In this document: in pieces, positions 40,798 through 54,119 of the stretch
Layout of the letters: each line of letters opens with the position of its first letter
Numbering within the stretch: position 1 is the stretch's first letter
Source: Octopus sinensis
Lineage: Eukaryota
Direction: 5' to 3'
Length of the DNA stretch: 64,000 nucleotides
NCBI RefSeq assembly: GCF_006345805.1
Contig: NC_043004.1
Location: 76,136,001 to 76,200,000, forward strand
The notes under the pieces: model-generated
What the model was told of the DNA's origin: nothing
What the model saw: the letters and a program-made list of their open reading frames with translations, nothing else
Database searches by the model: none
Position numbers and translations under genes: made by a program

Positions 40798-41790
40798 GAT
40801 GTCATCAAACATTGTACATTGAAAATCTTTGCGGATGATTCCAAATTCCAGAAAGCCATAAACTGCATGAGAGACTGAACATGCCTTCAGTCAGATCTGT
40901 TTGCTATTGTCCAATGGGTGGAAAAAATAATATGCTTTTAAATGAAGATACGTTTGATTTAATCCACTTTGAGAAAGAGGAAACTCTGAAATTACCATAT
41001 GTCTTCCCTCGGGCGACTCCCTAATGTCATCCAACAATACCAGAGATCTTGGAGTAATTGTTGATTACAATCTAAACTGGAGTTCCCACGTAAACAGCAA
41101 GGTTGACTTGGCCCGCAAAATGTGCTCCTGGATTCTGAGAACTTTCCGATCTAGAGATGCCTACACCATCATCCTTCTCTACTCTACTTTTACCCGACCC
41201 CACCTTGAGTACTGTTGCCCAAATGTGCCCCCCCCCATGCGAAGCAACTCATTATGAAAGTAGAAGCACTCCAGAGGCCCATAACAAGAAAGACAGACGG
41301 CATGAGAGGCATTGACTATTGGCGTCGACTAAGAAAACTCAATCTCTTCTCTCTCCAACCCCGCTGGGAGCGCTACATCATTTCTGTGACGTGGAAAATA
41401 TTCCATCAATATTGCACAAATGATGTTGGCATCAGTTTTAAAATCCATCCAAGACTTGGCTCCCGTGCTATCCGCTCACTACAGAGATCGAACTCGGTAC
41501 ACCTAGCAACATTACGTCACAATTTCTTTACCTCAGCCGGTCCAGCTCTTTTTTATACCAAACCAAAATACGTCAAACGGAAACGGATCCCATAAAATTC
41601 AAATGTTCACTGGACAAATTTCTTCAAAATATCCCGGACCAATTTCATACATCTGGATATGTCTCCAACAATAATAACTCTTTGCTAGAGTGGGCCATGG
41701 TGCCCCATATATGACTAAAAGACTTCACCAGGTGGTGTTATTAAGTTAGACATGGCCTGGGCCTATACTAGCCGTAATCTATCAAAGTTT
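40798..41790 (+). mobile_element. CR1/L2-clade LINE 3' fragment, related to and inverted against the 39850-40797 copy
   Basis: VIKHCTLKIFADDSKFQK...LQSDLFAIVQW, RDLGVIVDYNLNWSSHVNSKV...WILRTFRSRD...RPHLEYCCP, IDYWRRLRKLNLFSLQPR. The 3' end gacttcaccaggtggtgttattaagttagacatggcctgggcc is shared with the minus copy. Confidence 0.85.
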
Positions 41791-41799
41791 TCAAAGTTA

Positions 41800-42150
41800 C
41801 CAACCACATGGTTCCGGGTTCAATCCCACTGCGTGACACTTTGGGCAAGTGTCTTCTACTATGGCCTCGGGCCGACAAAAGCCTTGTGAGTGGAAACTTA
41901 AAGAAGCTCGCCGTATACACACACACACGTGTGTGTGTGTGTATGTTTGTGTGTCTGTGTTTGTCCCCCAACATCGCTTGACAACCGATGCTGGTATATC
42001 TACGTCCCCTTAACTTATTGGTTCGGCAAAAGAGACCGATAAAATAAGTACTAGTCTTACAAAGAATAAGTCCTGAGATCGATTTGTTCGACTAAAGGCG
42101 GTGCACCACCATGGCCGCAGTCAAATGACTGAAACAAAAGAATAAAAGAA
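41800..42150 (+). mobile_element. SINE family A
   Basis: accaaccacatggttccgggttcaatccc...aaatgactgaaacaaaagaataaaagaat. Confidence 0.8.
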
Positions 42151-43287
42151 TAAAAAATATATTATATACATATGGCGGTGCCCCAGCATGGCCACAGCTC
42201 ATGAGCTGAAACTAGAATCAATCAATCATATATATATAATATGCCCCATATGTATGTGTGAGTGTGTGTGTCTGTATATATATATATATATAGTATGTAT
42301 GTGTGTATATATAAATATACATGCGCAGGTGTGGCTGTGTGGTAAGAAGCTTGCTTCCCAATTGCATGGATCCATGTTCAGTGCCATTGCGTAACACCTT
42401 GAGCAAGTGTCTTCTAAGCTTCGGGCTTAAAATACCAGCAAGTATTTTGTTCGACGCTCAAAAAGATTCTGTTATTTAGATATAACCTATCTACACTGAT
42501 CCAATATTTGTTTTTTGTTTTGTATTTTTAATCCAAAACTACAGGCTCTAATTTTAGGAAAATTTAGCTACTATTTCAAGCAGGTTTTAGTGACCATACA
42601 AGGGGTTCCCTCGACGGCTCTTGTTTGTTGTTATATTATCATTGCTGCTACCGCTGCTGCGATGCCCTTTATCGCTTAGTGTGTAGTCTCCTGCCAATCA
42701 CAGGTATTCACAACAAAGGTGCGAGGACAACGGTGGTGGTGACGGTGGTGGTAGTGGTAATAGTTGTAGTTGTAGAGTAGCTATGGTGGCGGAGGCGACG
42801 GTTGTGGTGGCGGTGGTGGTAGGGGAACAATGCAACGTCACCTATAGTAAAGTTTTAAAGGTCACACACACATACACACAAACACAGAGCAGGCTTTATC
42901 GAGAGTAGCTCCGTGTGTTCGCTGTGCTATTTATTTAATGTTGTAAATCTATCGGTGGCGAAGCAGGATTACATTGTTGTGTACATAACACGACTGGGGA
43001 TTAATGTATATTAAAAAAAAGGATAAAAAAGAGAAAAAAAAAAGGAAAAACAACGATGTGTGCAGAGGAGATGCACCAGAAATAACAACTGTACAACTAC
43101 TGTACAGGTTTGAAAGAGTGGAACAAAGGAAGTTTTATAAATGTGGAAGTATGTGATAAAATAAAGAAAACAGTTTGTTTTCAAGAAAAAGAAATTACAG
43201 CAGACAGTTGTCGTATGAACTGCTTGCTGGGTTTCGAATAATCGGTTGTTTATGGTGTTAACACCTCTATCTCGTTTCTATCTAATA

Positions 43288-43686
43288 CTAGCAGTATAGC
43301 CCAGCGTTGCTCGGGCTTGTTTTCTTTTAGACCCTTCAGAATTGGAATTTTTGAAAAGTAAAAAATTTGCATTATGTAGCTTGTTATTCTCTCTAAGTGG
43401 ACATTTTTCTGGTTGAAATACACCGAAAAATGGCGACACAGCAGTAAAAAAATCGTAATAAATAGGGATTTTCATAGAAAAAAAAGCACCTTTTTGATGT
43501 AAATAATTTTTGGTCTTAACATGGTCCGATTTGAATTTTTTATTCTACGGAATGAAGAGCAAGCCTTCTTCTATCATACTCTCAATTTTGGTCAACTTGC
43601 ACTGCAGGGTCTCGGAGGAGATAGTGTTAGTTGAAGGTTACCAAACCTGCCATACACAGACAACTTCAGCTTTATATATATACAGA
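43288..43686 (-). mobile_element. Non-autonomous Helitron-like element (second copy, opposite orientation)
   Basis: Reverse complement reads A|TCtgtatatatataaagctg...cccgagcaacgctgggctatactgCTAG|T and is highly similar to 3306-3699. Confidence 0.75.
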
Positions 43687-45836
43687 TTTCTCTTCTCAAA
43701 CATGTCTTCTCTTCAGATATCAGGCTGGAACGAAAAGCCTGTTTCATTTTTGATCTAATCACTTTGAGCGTACTTTCTCAATACTTGGTGTAAAATAAGT
43801 AATATGGTGTCTTTTTCTCTCTTTCTTTGCATGTTAATTTGTACCAAGCTGGTTAAATTCGTATCGAATTTTTTTAAAACGAGTTTAGATCAAACGCATG
43901 TTAGACACTTCATGCTGTAAAATTTTTTAAAAATGGCTCTTCAGTAATGAATGGCGGCAAGAAATATTCGTTCTGTCTGTGGAAGTCCAAACATACAAGC
44001 CATGGTTTCGTTCGGGAAATGTTTTTTCTCGCAGATTCCTCTCGATTTGGATAATTAAGTTCTGTCAAATATTGACTCTAGCTGAGGAAAATCCAAAATA
44101 AATTGTATAGGAATTAACAAAACGGTTCAATTTAAGTTACACTTCGATCATAAAACACTTTGAATTAGGGGCAACTCAGCTTAATCAAAGAGTTGCCCCA
44201 CCTGAAATCTCATGTTTTCGACGAGAACTTTATACAATCCATAAATTGTAGTCTTGGTTTTTGTTGGGGTCACTTTCCACAAGCAAACCGTTTCATGGAT
44301 CGTTGTGTTGGACGATCAAAGTTCAGGATAGTAGAGTGAAAGAGAAAAGAGGGCCAGCTTGGATTCATCGACGCCTGAATGTCCCTAAGCTATATTATCC
44401 TACTGTGAGGAAAGAACTTCAGAATCGTTTTATCCAATATGAGTATTGGAGGTAGACGGAAAATCGCCACAGCAACGATCAGCGAGAACACTAGGGGCAT
44501 TTCGGACTTTTCAATGACATACAATCTCAGTCAGCCACCCGCTCGGACGAGAATTCGAAGTCTACCAATATAAGAAACAATGTTATTTATTGTTATTAAC
44601 ACTGCACGTCCATAAAAGATGTTATCTCAGGATATTTACTGCCGTAACTAGCCTATCAACGGGGTATATTAAGTATGATACATAAATGGATTTTAAAATT
44701 TAATACTGTTTCTATTGCAGATACCGGATTTTTATTCAGCTTGACAGCTATTCGCAACATCAGCGTGTGTTTTATTCACTGTTTCCTATATCATTAGGTG
44801 ACGAATTCTCACCGAAGCATATAGCTAGCTGCGACTAAATGTCATTGGTAAGGCTCTAAAAAGTTGAAAAGCATTTGGCGTTCTTGCTGACTACGACTGG
44901 GGCGATTTTTCTGTCAATATTTATTGTGGGTTTAACACAGCACATCAATAAGCAATGTAATATTAGGACAAATTCCGCAGTTACTGGCCTCCCAACTGCT
45001 TTTATACTTCAAATATGGCACAGATGACTACTGAATACTGTCTCAACTGCGTATACTAAACTTTTGTTTTATTCTATTTTATTTTTGCGCATTTTTCTGA
45101 AGCTTGTCTTGGAAAACCTTCTGAATTACTGGAATGCAATAATTCTGCGATTCCAAGACCAAACTAAAGGTTGTCGCCAGTCTAAAGCGGCAAATGCATA
45201 TGGTTATATTTATGTTAGCTATTAATAGGCCCGGACAAGGATGGGCAGCGCTGCTAGTAATGAGTGCTCGTGTAAGTATATGTGAGTGTGTATGTACGTG
45301 TGTATGTATGTATGTATGTATGTATGTATGTATATGCATACATGTATACATGTACATTCTTTTATTTGTTCTTTCCCGATTCGCTCGGCTCTACTGGGTA
45401 CAGCCATTACGTTCGCGCGCACGTGTGTCTATACACGCCCTCTCCTGTGTGTATATGTAGATGTTTTGCTTCTGAATGCGCGCACGCACGCACATCTATC
45501 TATCTGTCTGTATGTATGTATGTATGTATGTGTATGTATATATTCTTTTATTCTTTTACTTGTTTCAGTCATTTGTCTGCGGCCATGCTGGAGCACCGCC
45601 TTTAGTCAAGCAAATCGACCCAAGGATTTATTCTTTGTAAGCCTAGTACTTATTCTATCGGTCTCTTTTGCCGAACCGCTGAGTTACGGGGACGTAAACA
45701 CACCTGCATCGGTTGTCAAGTGATATTGGGGGGACAAACACAGACACTCATGTCTACATTCCAAATATGGAGCTTTTCATCTTTGCTAGAATCCAGCTCC
45801 TTCCTTACAGGAAGACTTCAAATAATCAAAAATACA

Positions 45837-45870
<34 letters not shown>

Positions 45871-46036
45871 ACAGGGACATTACAAACACGATCTGTAAGT
45901 GGAGCAATAAAAATATGTAAGATTTTTCTCAAGTTGATAATATGACATTATTTTTGATATTTACGTTCCAACTGTAGAGCTTTACCTCTTTGTTAGAAAC
46001 CAGTTCCTTCGTTACAGGAATTAAAAATAGAAGATA

Positions 46037-46077
<41 letters not shown>

Positions 46078-46134
46078 CACACACACACTACTACGTACAT
46101 TACAAACACTATCTGTAAGTGGAACAGCAAAAAT

Positions 46135-46800
46135 ATGCAAGACGATCGTAAACAATGATCTGCGTTGGACAAACCACATCTCTAAGATTGTCAAGAAGAC
46201 TGAGGGGGTCCTAGCATCACTCAGTAAGATCTTTGTCAACCACTCTCCAGTTATCTATTTAAAATTGTATACGATAACGGTACGTCCACACTTGGAATTT
46301 GCATCACTAGTCTGGAACTCTTATTTTGCTCAGCATATAAATCTCCTGGAGACTGTTCAGAAATGTGCAACAAAACGAATACCCACCGCCAGACATCTAC
46401 CATACTCTGAACGTCTTGCTTCCTTGGGAATGGATACATTGAAGCTCAGACGTCTGGCAACTGACTTGGTAAACACCCACAAGATAATCCATATCCACCA
46501 TCTTTCCAACAACAACCTTGGGCACCTTTTTGAATTCCATATGTCAAACATTCGCGGACATGCTTATAAAATCATAAAACAACACAACACCCGTGACTTT
46601 CAGAAACATTTTTTCACGCTCAGAATTGCTGAACAATGGAATATACTATCCACATCACTTGTTAGCTGTCGAGACACTACACCCTTCTAAACTTCTCTGC
46701 TTCCTGAAATCCGCCACCAGTACACCTGAAGCCGCCCCCTTTTTTTTAGTTGTAGTGCACCTGAGCATTGTATACAACAATTTTCTTCATTACCATTATA
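46135..46800 (+). mobile_element. CR1-clade LINE 3' fragment (different subfamily)
   Basis: NDLRWTNHISKIVKK...VRPHLEFASLVWNSY...LETVQKCATKRI...YSERLASLGMDTLKLRRLATDL...RGHAYKI...KHFFTLRIAEQWN, the typical CR1 ORF2 C-terminus; followed by a (CATA)n array. Confidence 0.85.
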
Positions 46801-47279
46801 AGTTAAAACCTGTGTAATTTGTAAACACATACATACATACATACATACAAACATACATACATACAAACATACATACATACAAACATACATACATACAAAC
46901 ATACATACATACACACATACATACATACATACATACATACATACATACATACATGCATACATACATACATACATACATACATACAAACATACACACATAC
47001 ACACATACATACATAGATTGATACGCATCAACCAATCCAGGCGGGGAAGGGCTATTTTAAAGAAGAAATCTCAATACAAATGCAAACGTTTCAAAGCTGT
47101 TCGTGCTGCTTGCAAGGCCATCAATAAGTTTGTTAGCGGCCAATTATAACCGCCGCCGACGGAGATATTGTCTTTCTCCACTCGATAACCTATCGATCAT
47201 AACAGGCCATAAACACTGTTGAACACCACTTCCAGCGCTGACACCATAGTGTTCAGCAGCATAACTACCACCACCACCA

Positions 47280-47310
<31 letters not shown>

Positions 47311-48709
47311 CACCACCACCACCGCCACCGCCGCCGCCGCCGCCACCACCACTATCATCACCACCGCCACCAACATCATATATACAATATGTATGTATGT
47401 ACACACTTCCATGCACACAAACACACACACATGGTGCTATTAAGTTAGACATGGGCTGGTCCAGTTCTGGTCGAAACTTATATGCATACACACACACATA
47501 CACACATACATACATACATGAGCACACGCACCCACATGCACACACACATATATATTTATACAGTAACAAAGCATTGGATCGCCTGAAATAAGTCTTTATA
47601 CTCTAATATGGTATCCTGAGGTCTTTTATTTCGGTTCGGTTAATTCACAGAGTTTTGTGACAATTGATATTGTATTACAGTATGGTGGTTGATTGGTGAA
47701 AGTCGTTAGAGCATCGCTGAGAATCTGTTGCGATGTTTGTTCCAGCTCTCAATGATCAGAGTTCAAGTTCGACCGAGGTTAACTTTGTGCAACGGCCTGG
47801 CTCGTCACCAGTTTCAAGTTCCTGAATGCTCCTCGGGGTCAACGGTATGGGAGCCGAATCGCTACTTATATCTGGTTGCAACTGCATGGACGTATAAAAT
47901 AATTGACGGAATCATCTTCTCTACATGTTAGTGGAACATTACTGAGACAAGTTGTTTGATAGGGCCGGTTTCCCGGTTTCCATGTCGTATAGGTTCTCCA
48001 CCTGGACGGAACGCCGGTCCGTCGCAGGTGAGCTGCAAGATGCAGGAGGAAAGAGTGAGAGAAAGTTGTAGCGAAAGAGTCAGCAGAAGTTCGCCATTGC
48101 CTTCTGCTGGAGCTGCGTGGAGCTTAGGTATTTCGCTCATAAACACACACATCGCTCGGTCTGAGATTCGAACCCGCGATCCCTCGACCGCGAGTCTGCT
48201 GCTCTAACCACTAGGCCATGTGCCTGAGACAAATGAAGAAGTTAAAGTATCTCCGAGCCGTGTTAGCGAGTGACGGAAGACAGAAGGCTGGATTTGATGC
48301 TACCATTGCAGATGCTGGCATAGTAAGGCACCAGCTTCAGCATTCGATCACCAAAAGAGGAGGACTGGTAAAAAAAAAGTCAAACATGCTTTTCTTCGAT
48401 TCAGTCTTTGTGCTTATCCTTGCTTATAGTCGTGAATGTTCGGTAATGATTGAAAGAGTAGGATCGTGAAGGCATGCACCTGAAACGGAGTTCCTCTGAA
48501 GGATCTCTAGAGAAACGTTACACAACAGGGTGCATAGCTCGGAAATTTGGGTCTTTCCAGGCTGAACTGCTATTTCCCCGCATTGGGAGGTTACTGCTCA
48601 GATGCTATGGACATATTTGAACATCACAGAAAAGAATCACAAGATGGAATTTTCAAGCCGAGCCAACCAGCAGTGGACTTAGGGATTGACCAAGAATGAG
48701 AGGATTGGA

Positions 48710-49270
48710 CAAGGCGGCGAGTTGGCAGAAACGTTAGCAGGCTGCGTTCTGAGTTCAAATTCCACCGAGCTCGACTTTGCCTTTCATCCTTTCGGGGTCG
48801 ATTAAATAAGTACCAGTTACGTACTGGGGTCGATATAATCGACTTAATCCGTTTGTCTGTCCTTGTTTGTCCTCTCTGTGTTTAGCCCCTTGTGGGTAGT
48901 AAAGAAATAGGTATTTTGTCTGTCTGAGTTCAAATTCCGCCGAGGTCGACTTTGCCTTTCATCCTTTCGGGGTAGATAAATTAAGTACCAGTTACGCACC
49001 AGTGCGTAACTGGTACTTAATTTATCTACCCCGAAAGGATGAAAGGCAAAGTCGACCTCGGCGGAATTTGAACTCAGACAGACAAAATACCTATTTCTTT
49101 ACTACCCACAAGGGGCTAAACACAGAGAGGACAAACAAGGACAGACAAACGGATTAAGTCGATTATATCGACCCCAGTACGTAACTGGTACTTATTGTTA
49201 ATCCGTTTGTCTTTCCTTGTTTGTCCCCTCTATGTTTAGCCCCTTGTGGACAATAGGACAATAAAGAAAT
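48710..49270 (+). mobile_element. tRNA-derived SINE (family B) with an internal perfect inverted duplication; 18-bp TSD
   Basis: Head ggcggcgagttggcagaaacgttagc and core gtcgactttgcctttcatcctttcggggtcgat. TSD aagaatgagaggattgga at 48692-48709 and 49271-49288. Confidence 0.9.
48805..49196. repeat. Perfect palindrome: two 195-bp arms with a 2-nt spacer
   Basis: 48805-48999 is the exact reverse complement of 49002-49196 (checked block by block); centre gttacgcac-ca-gtgcgtaac. Confidence 0.95.
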
Positions 49271-50614
49271 AAGAATGAGAGGATTGGATAATATACTTTA
49301 GAGTCGGTCACGCTTGGGGATTCAGCAGGAAAGTGTAATATCGGTTGTTTCTGATAGGATCCGATGGAAAAGGTTTCCATCCCCATGAGTCTCCCAAGAA
49401 TAATGGGGGAAGAAAATAAATGAATGAATAAATGGATGAAGAATGGAGGGTAGCCAGGTAGGTAGGTAGGTACAGATTATGTCAAATTTGATTTCGTGTA
49501 ACACTTATAATTACATTTCTGTCGATAGAGTATTCGCCTCACCAATGGTGGTGCCATGTGAAGTAATGGCTCCATGCTTGGTGTAGAATTCCGAGAAAAC
49601 TTTACGCTTATTTCCTATAACCTTCATTACTTTGCCAAAACGCTTCCCTTCGCGCAGGGTTTTAGAAAACATCTACACAACGTAGTCCCTTGGTACATTA
49701 TACACGAAAGATAACATTGTAATGTAAACCTAGATGATCCATTATATCTACAACCCCGCCACCCAAACTAAAAGACTAGATGGTCACAGCTGGAACGCTA
49801 TTGTTCATAGATCTATTCAATCAGAGCTGGCACGAGGCCGAACAACAACATTATTCTCCATTTTTAGTAAATAGAAAAAAAAGGGGGGGGACTTATTACC
49901 TCATCCATTAACATCCATTCACGTTTTTTTTTATTAGAACGTTTATTCTGTAATATTTTTCACTAATATTGATTAACTCTTATGCTTCCCACCAATTTCA
50001 GTGAATTTTATTTACTAAAGCATTAATATATAATTTTTTTCTCTGACTTAACCACACTGTTCTGTTTTTTTCCCTTGCTTTCCAATATGGCGCCCATTTG
50101 TTTCTCTTTTTTTTATGAGAATCTATAAATCCCGCTTTCCTCATATCCTCTCGTGTACATGTTTCGATAACAACTTCTCTATTTCCTTATTATACAATTT
50201 CCAACCAGTGAGGTAAGTCCTTTCATTATATTCAGAACTAACTCAAATACGGAAATACTATCATCGAATTTTCAACCCTCACCCCATTCCAGGATGCGTC
50301 ATCTTGCTAGCATTTCGTTAATAAACCAATGAAGACCTTGTTTGAAATATCCAGTCAAACAATCGATCAAAGGTCTTTTATTTTCTCAGTCAATTTTTTT
50401 AATTGTCCGTTTTTTTTTATTTTATGGCAGCTGAGTTGCTAGTGTTTGAACAATTCAGTCTATTGAGAAGGAATGATTAAATATTTACCAGAGTGAGGAT
50501 AATGTGCAGTGAGGCAGAGAGCACTTGATAAGTGCAGCATGCAGCACGATTTCAGTGACTATTTGAGAGCGCTGCCATTGCAACGACTGAGGCTTGGTGG
50601 TAAACTGAGAGTAA

Positions 50615-50830
50615 GGCGGCGAGCTGGCAGAAACATTAGCACGCCGGGCGAAATGCGTAGCCGTATTTCGTCTGCCGCTACGTTCTGGGTTCAAATTCCG
50701 CCGAGGTCGACTTTGCCTTTCATCCTTTCGGGGTAGATAAATTAAGTACCGATGAAACATTAGGGTAGATGTAAGTGACTATCCCCCTCCCTCAAATTTC
50801 AGGCCTTGTGCCTATAGTAGAAAGGATCAT
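50615..50830 (+). mobile_element. SINE family B
   Basis: ggcggcgagctggcagaaacattagcacgccgggcg...ttcaggccttgtgcctatagtagaaagg; other copies at ~19672-19815, 51860-52075 and 53420-53640. Confidence 0.85.
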
Positions 50831-51385
50831 ACAATGGGTTTCTGCACAGTTTCCATCTCACCAACTCCACTCTTGGCCCGATGAATGGGAACGTAGCCCC
50901 CAAATTGCATTCTGGATGAATGCAGCCAACATATAATTCGATGAAACTTAAGTAGCCGTTATGTATCTTAGGGTCAATTTTAAGTCAAAAAAAAAAAAAA
51001 AAAAGAAAGAAAGAAAGAAAAGGTAATAAACCCAAACCCAAACGGGTTTGAATCGAGAATGTAAAGGTCATAACTCCTGCTTTAACTCATCACCTTTCAA
51101 TGAGTAAAATTATATTTACACACATAAAAATAAAATCTGAAACTCAAAGAAACTACGCCATTCATTTTTATAATTAAAATAAAACTTTTTTCTCTAAATT
51201 CTTCAAGCAATTTCTTGATGAAAGGGAATTTGGAGAAAATCAAATATTCCCTTGGTTTATACTTTATATTTACCTCAGATCTTTTACGATCTTTTTTTCA
51301 ATGGACCTTCCTTTCTCTGTATTCTTGCGCCTGCTAAACTCGTTAATATCCAGCTGTTTCAAAACATCAATTTTATTCCTTTTTC

Positions 51386-51475
<90 letters not shown>

Positions 51476-51549
51476 GTGTGTGTTGTGTCATGGGAGAATC
51501 GTTACGCCTATAATAATAATAATAATAACACACGCACGCATTCTAAACT

Positions 51550-51587
<38 letters not shown>

Positions 51588-54119
51588 GCATTCATATACA
51601 CAGACAAACCAGATCTCAGGCGGGCAATAGCAGTTTTCGAAACGAGTTGGGAAGTCACGGTCACTGAAAAGGTTGCGAATAGCAACGGAAGAACTTTGAC
51701 GAAAAACAAACAAACAAACAAACAAACAACAACGGTTAACTATTTAACTAACAAGTCAAACAAACAACCGATTAGTTGGAAAGATGTTTCACCAATTGAC
51801 CAATAATTAGGAAGTGGAATTGAACCTGCGCATGCGTTATTGTTCTTGGCGTAAAAAAGGTGATGAGCTGGTAGAATCGTGAGCATGTTGGGCAAAATGC
51901 TCAGCGGCATTTCGCCCGTCTTTATGTTCTGAGTTCAAATTCCGCCGAGGTCGACTTTGCTTTTCATCCTTTCGGGGTTGATAAATTAAGTACCAGTAAA
52001 ACACTGGGGTCGATGTAATCGACTAGTTCCCTCCCACAAAATTTCAGGCCTTGTGCCTTTAGAAGAAAGGATTATTCTTGGCGCTCCACCAAGACACAAC
52101 ATTTGTTTCAACACACGAATTCACATCAAGAATCTTGCCAACCAAATACAAAAAAAATTATTCCCAATTTCTTCTTTATTCTTCGTTATCATTTCTTCTT
52201 TTTCGTAATGTTCTTCTTTTTATTCCCTTTCTCTTCAATTCAAAGTGCACCATTCTAACTTTGGCTTCTTTTCTAGAGATACATATGGGATACTTGGGGA
52301 CAGCTGTCTACTAGTTTTGATTAATGGTTTGGCACTCTGTGGCAGATCGCCATCAATTCCAAAGATTCAATTTTCCTCTTTTCGTTTTCTTTCCTTGTCT
52401 CATTGGTTTTCGTTTTTTTTCTTTCCTTTCTTTTAAATAACATGATTCATCTTCTCTACACTGTCCCATCAGCTACATCACCACTACCACCACCACCATT
52501 GCCGCAGCCGCTGCTGCTGCTGCTGCTGCTGCAACTACTACTACTACTACTACTATTACTACTACTACTACTACTACTACCACCGCCGCCACCACCACCA
52601 CCACCACTATCGTCACTATCATCATCACTGCTGCTGCTGCTGCTACTACTACTACTACTACCACCTTTAACCTAAAGCGTTCTAATCGCACCCATCAGGT
52701 CTTTTTAAGGATATTTCAGGCTACATTATCAAATGTATCAACCCCTATTTTTGGATCTTTTCTTTTTGGCTGCAATTTTCGAAAGTTTAAAATTAAATGA
52801 CAATTTTCCAATTTGGTGTATTGGTGTAGTTTTTCACACTAAATCCCAGCACCCAATTTACTTGTTCCAGAAATATTAAAAAAAAAAAGCTTCAGAAGTT
52901 TAAAGTTTGATAATTTTTACCCAGTCAAAAAACAGAGGGGTAAGCAGCTTAGTAACAGCTTGGCTTGTTACTATGGAAACAGACACCTATATGTCTGTGG
53001 CTTTCGATTGGCTAAAATTACCCCTAAATTTGCAAACTTTAAAAGCTATTAACTCTTTATTTATTGATTTATGGCGAAAATTTATTTCATGTCAATGGTT
53101 ACTTTACAAAACTACACCAATACACCAAATATGAAATCAATTGAAACAAAATTGAAGAAACTGAAAAGTGAAAGATTCATTATTTATTTATTTATTTGTT
53201 ATCCTTTTCTCTGCTTTGTCCATCTGCTTCTCTAAATAGTATTCTCTCACAGTTTTATAAATTCTTTCTGATTTTGGCACAAGGGCAGCAGTTATAGAAA
53301 AGGGAGAAAACAGATTGCATCGATCCCTACTACATGACTGGTACTTAGAAATACTTGTAAGCTTTTCTATCTAACGCGCTAATGATTTTGCCATATTGTC
53401 AGCTTCTTTCAAAATTGGTTTCAAATTTTGGCACAAGGCCAGCAATTTCGTGGGTGGAAGTAAGTCGATTACATCGGCCCTTGTACTCAACTGGTATCTA
53501 TTTTATCGAACCCCGATATAGGATGAAAGCAAAGTCAACCTCGGCAGAATTTGAACTCAGAATGTAAAGTCGGAAGAAATGCTGCTATGCATCTTGTCCG
53601 GCACGTTAACGATTCTGTCAGCTCACACCCCCTCCTGAGCTTTATCGAAAATTAATCAATGAAACATAAACGCATTCTCATTACCTCTTTTATCTTTTCC
53701 AGCCTGTCGGTTGTGGCTATGCTGGAGCACCATTATAAAGAATCGATTCCCACTACTTGATTTCTACTTTATTTATCAACCCTGCTTAAGTCAGCCTTGC
53801 CTTTCATCCTTTCATCGAAAAGCTGAAAAGCAAATTTGACGAAGGCAGGGAGTTGAACCCAGGGAGTTGAGAGAGCCGGAGTAAATTATGCAAAGATATT
53901 TTATCTGATGCTCTAACGACCCTGCCGTATTGAGGGTGGAGAAAAATTTAACTCATTTCATGCGTAGGGGACATTTTACTTTTAATTTTCTTGGTCCCTA
54001 GGACTCATAAGACCGGTTGCTTGGTTACCATGGCGTGTAAGTGACCGATACCACAACATTCTCCTGAACGGTCCGTTGCAAGGTTCAAATCCAACTGTTT
54101 TGAGGTGAGGGGACAAGTC

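Larger units (their letters stand above)
48215..49410 (+). mobile_element. RTE-clade LINE 3' remnant, interrupted by a SINE insertion at 48710-49270
   Basis: KLKYLRAVLASDGRQKAGFDATIADAGIVRHQLQHSITKRGGL..KKSNMLFFDSVFVLILAYSRECSVMIERV resembles the RTE/Rex3 post-RT region (FKYLG..EIDRRI..KAKLSIYRSIYVPTLTYG.E.WVMTER); heavily frameshifted. Confidence 0.7.
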
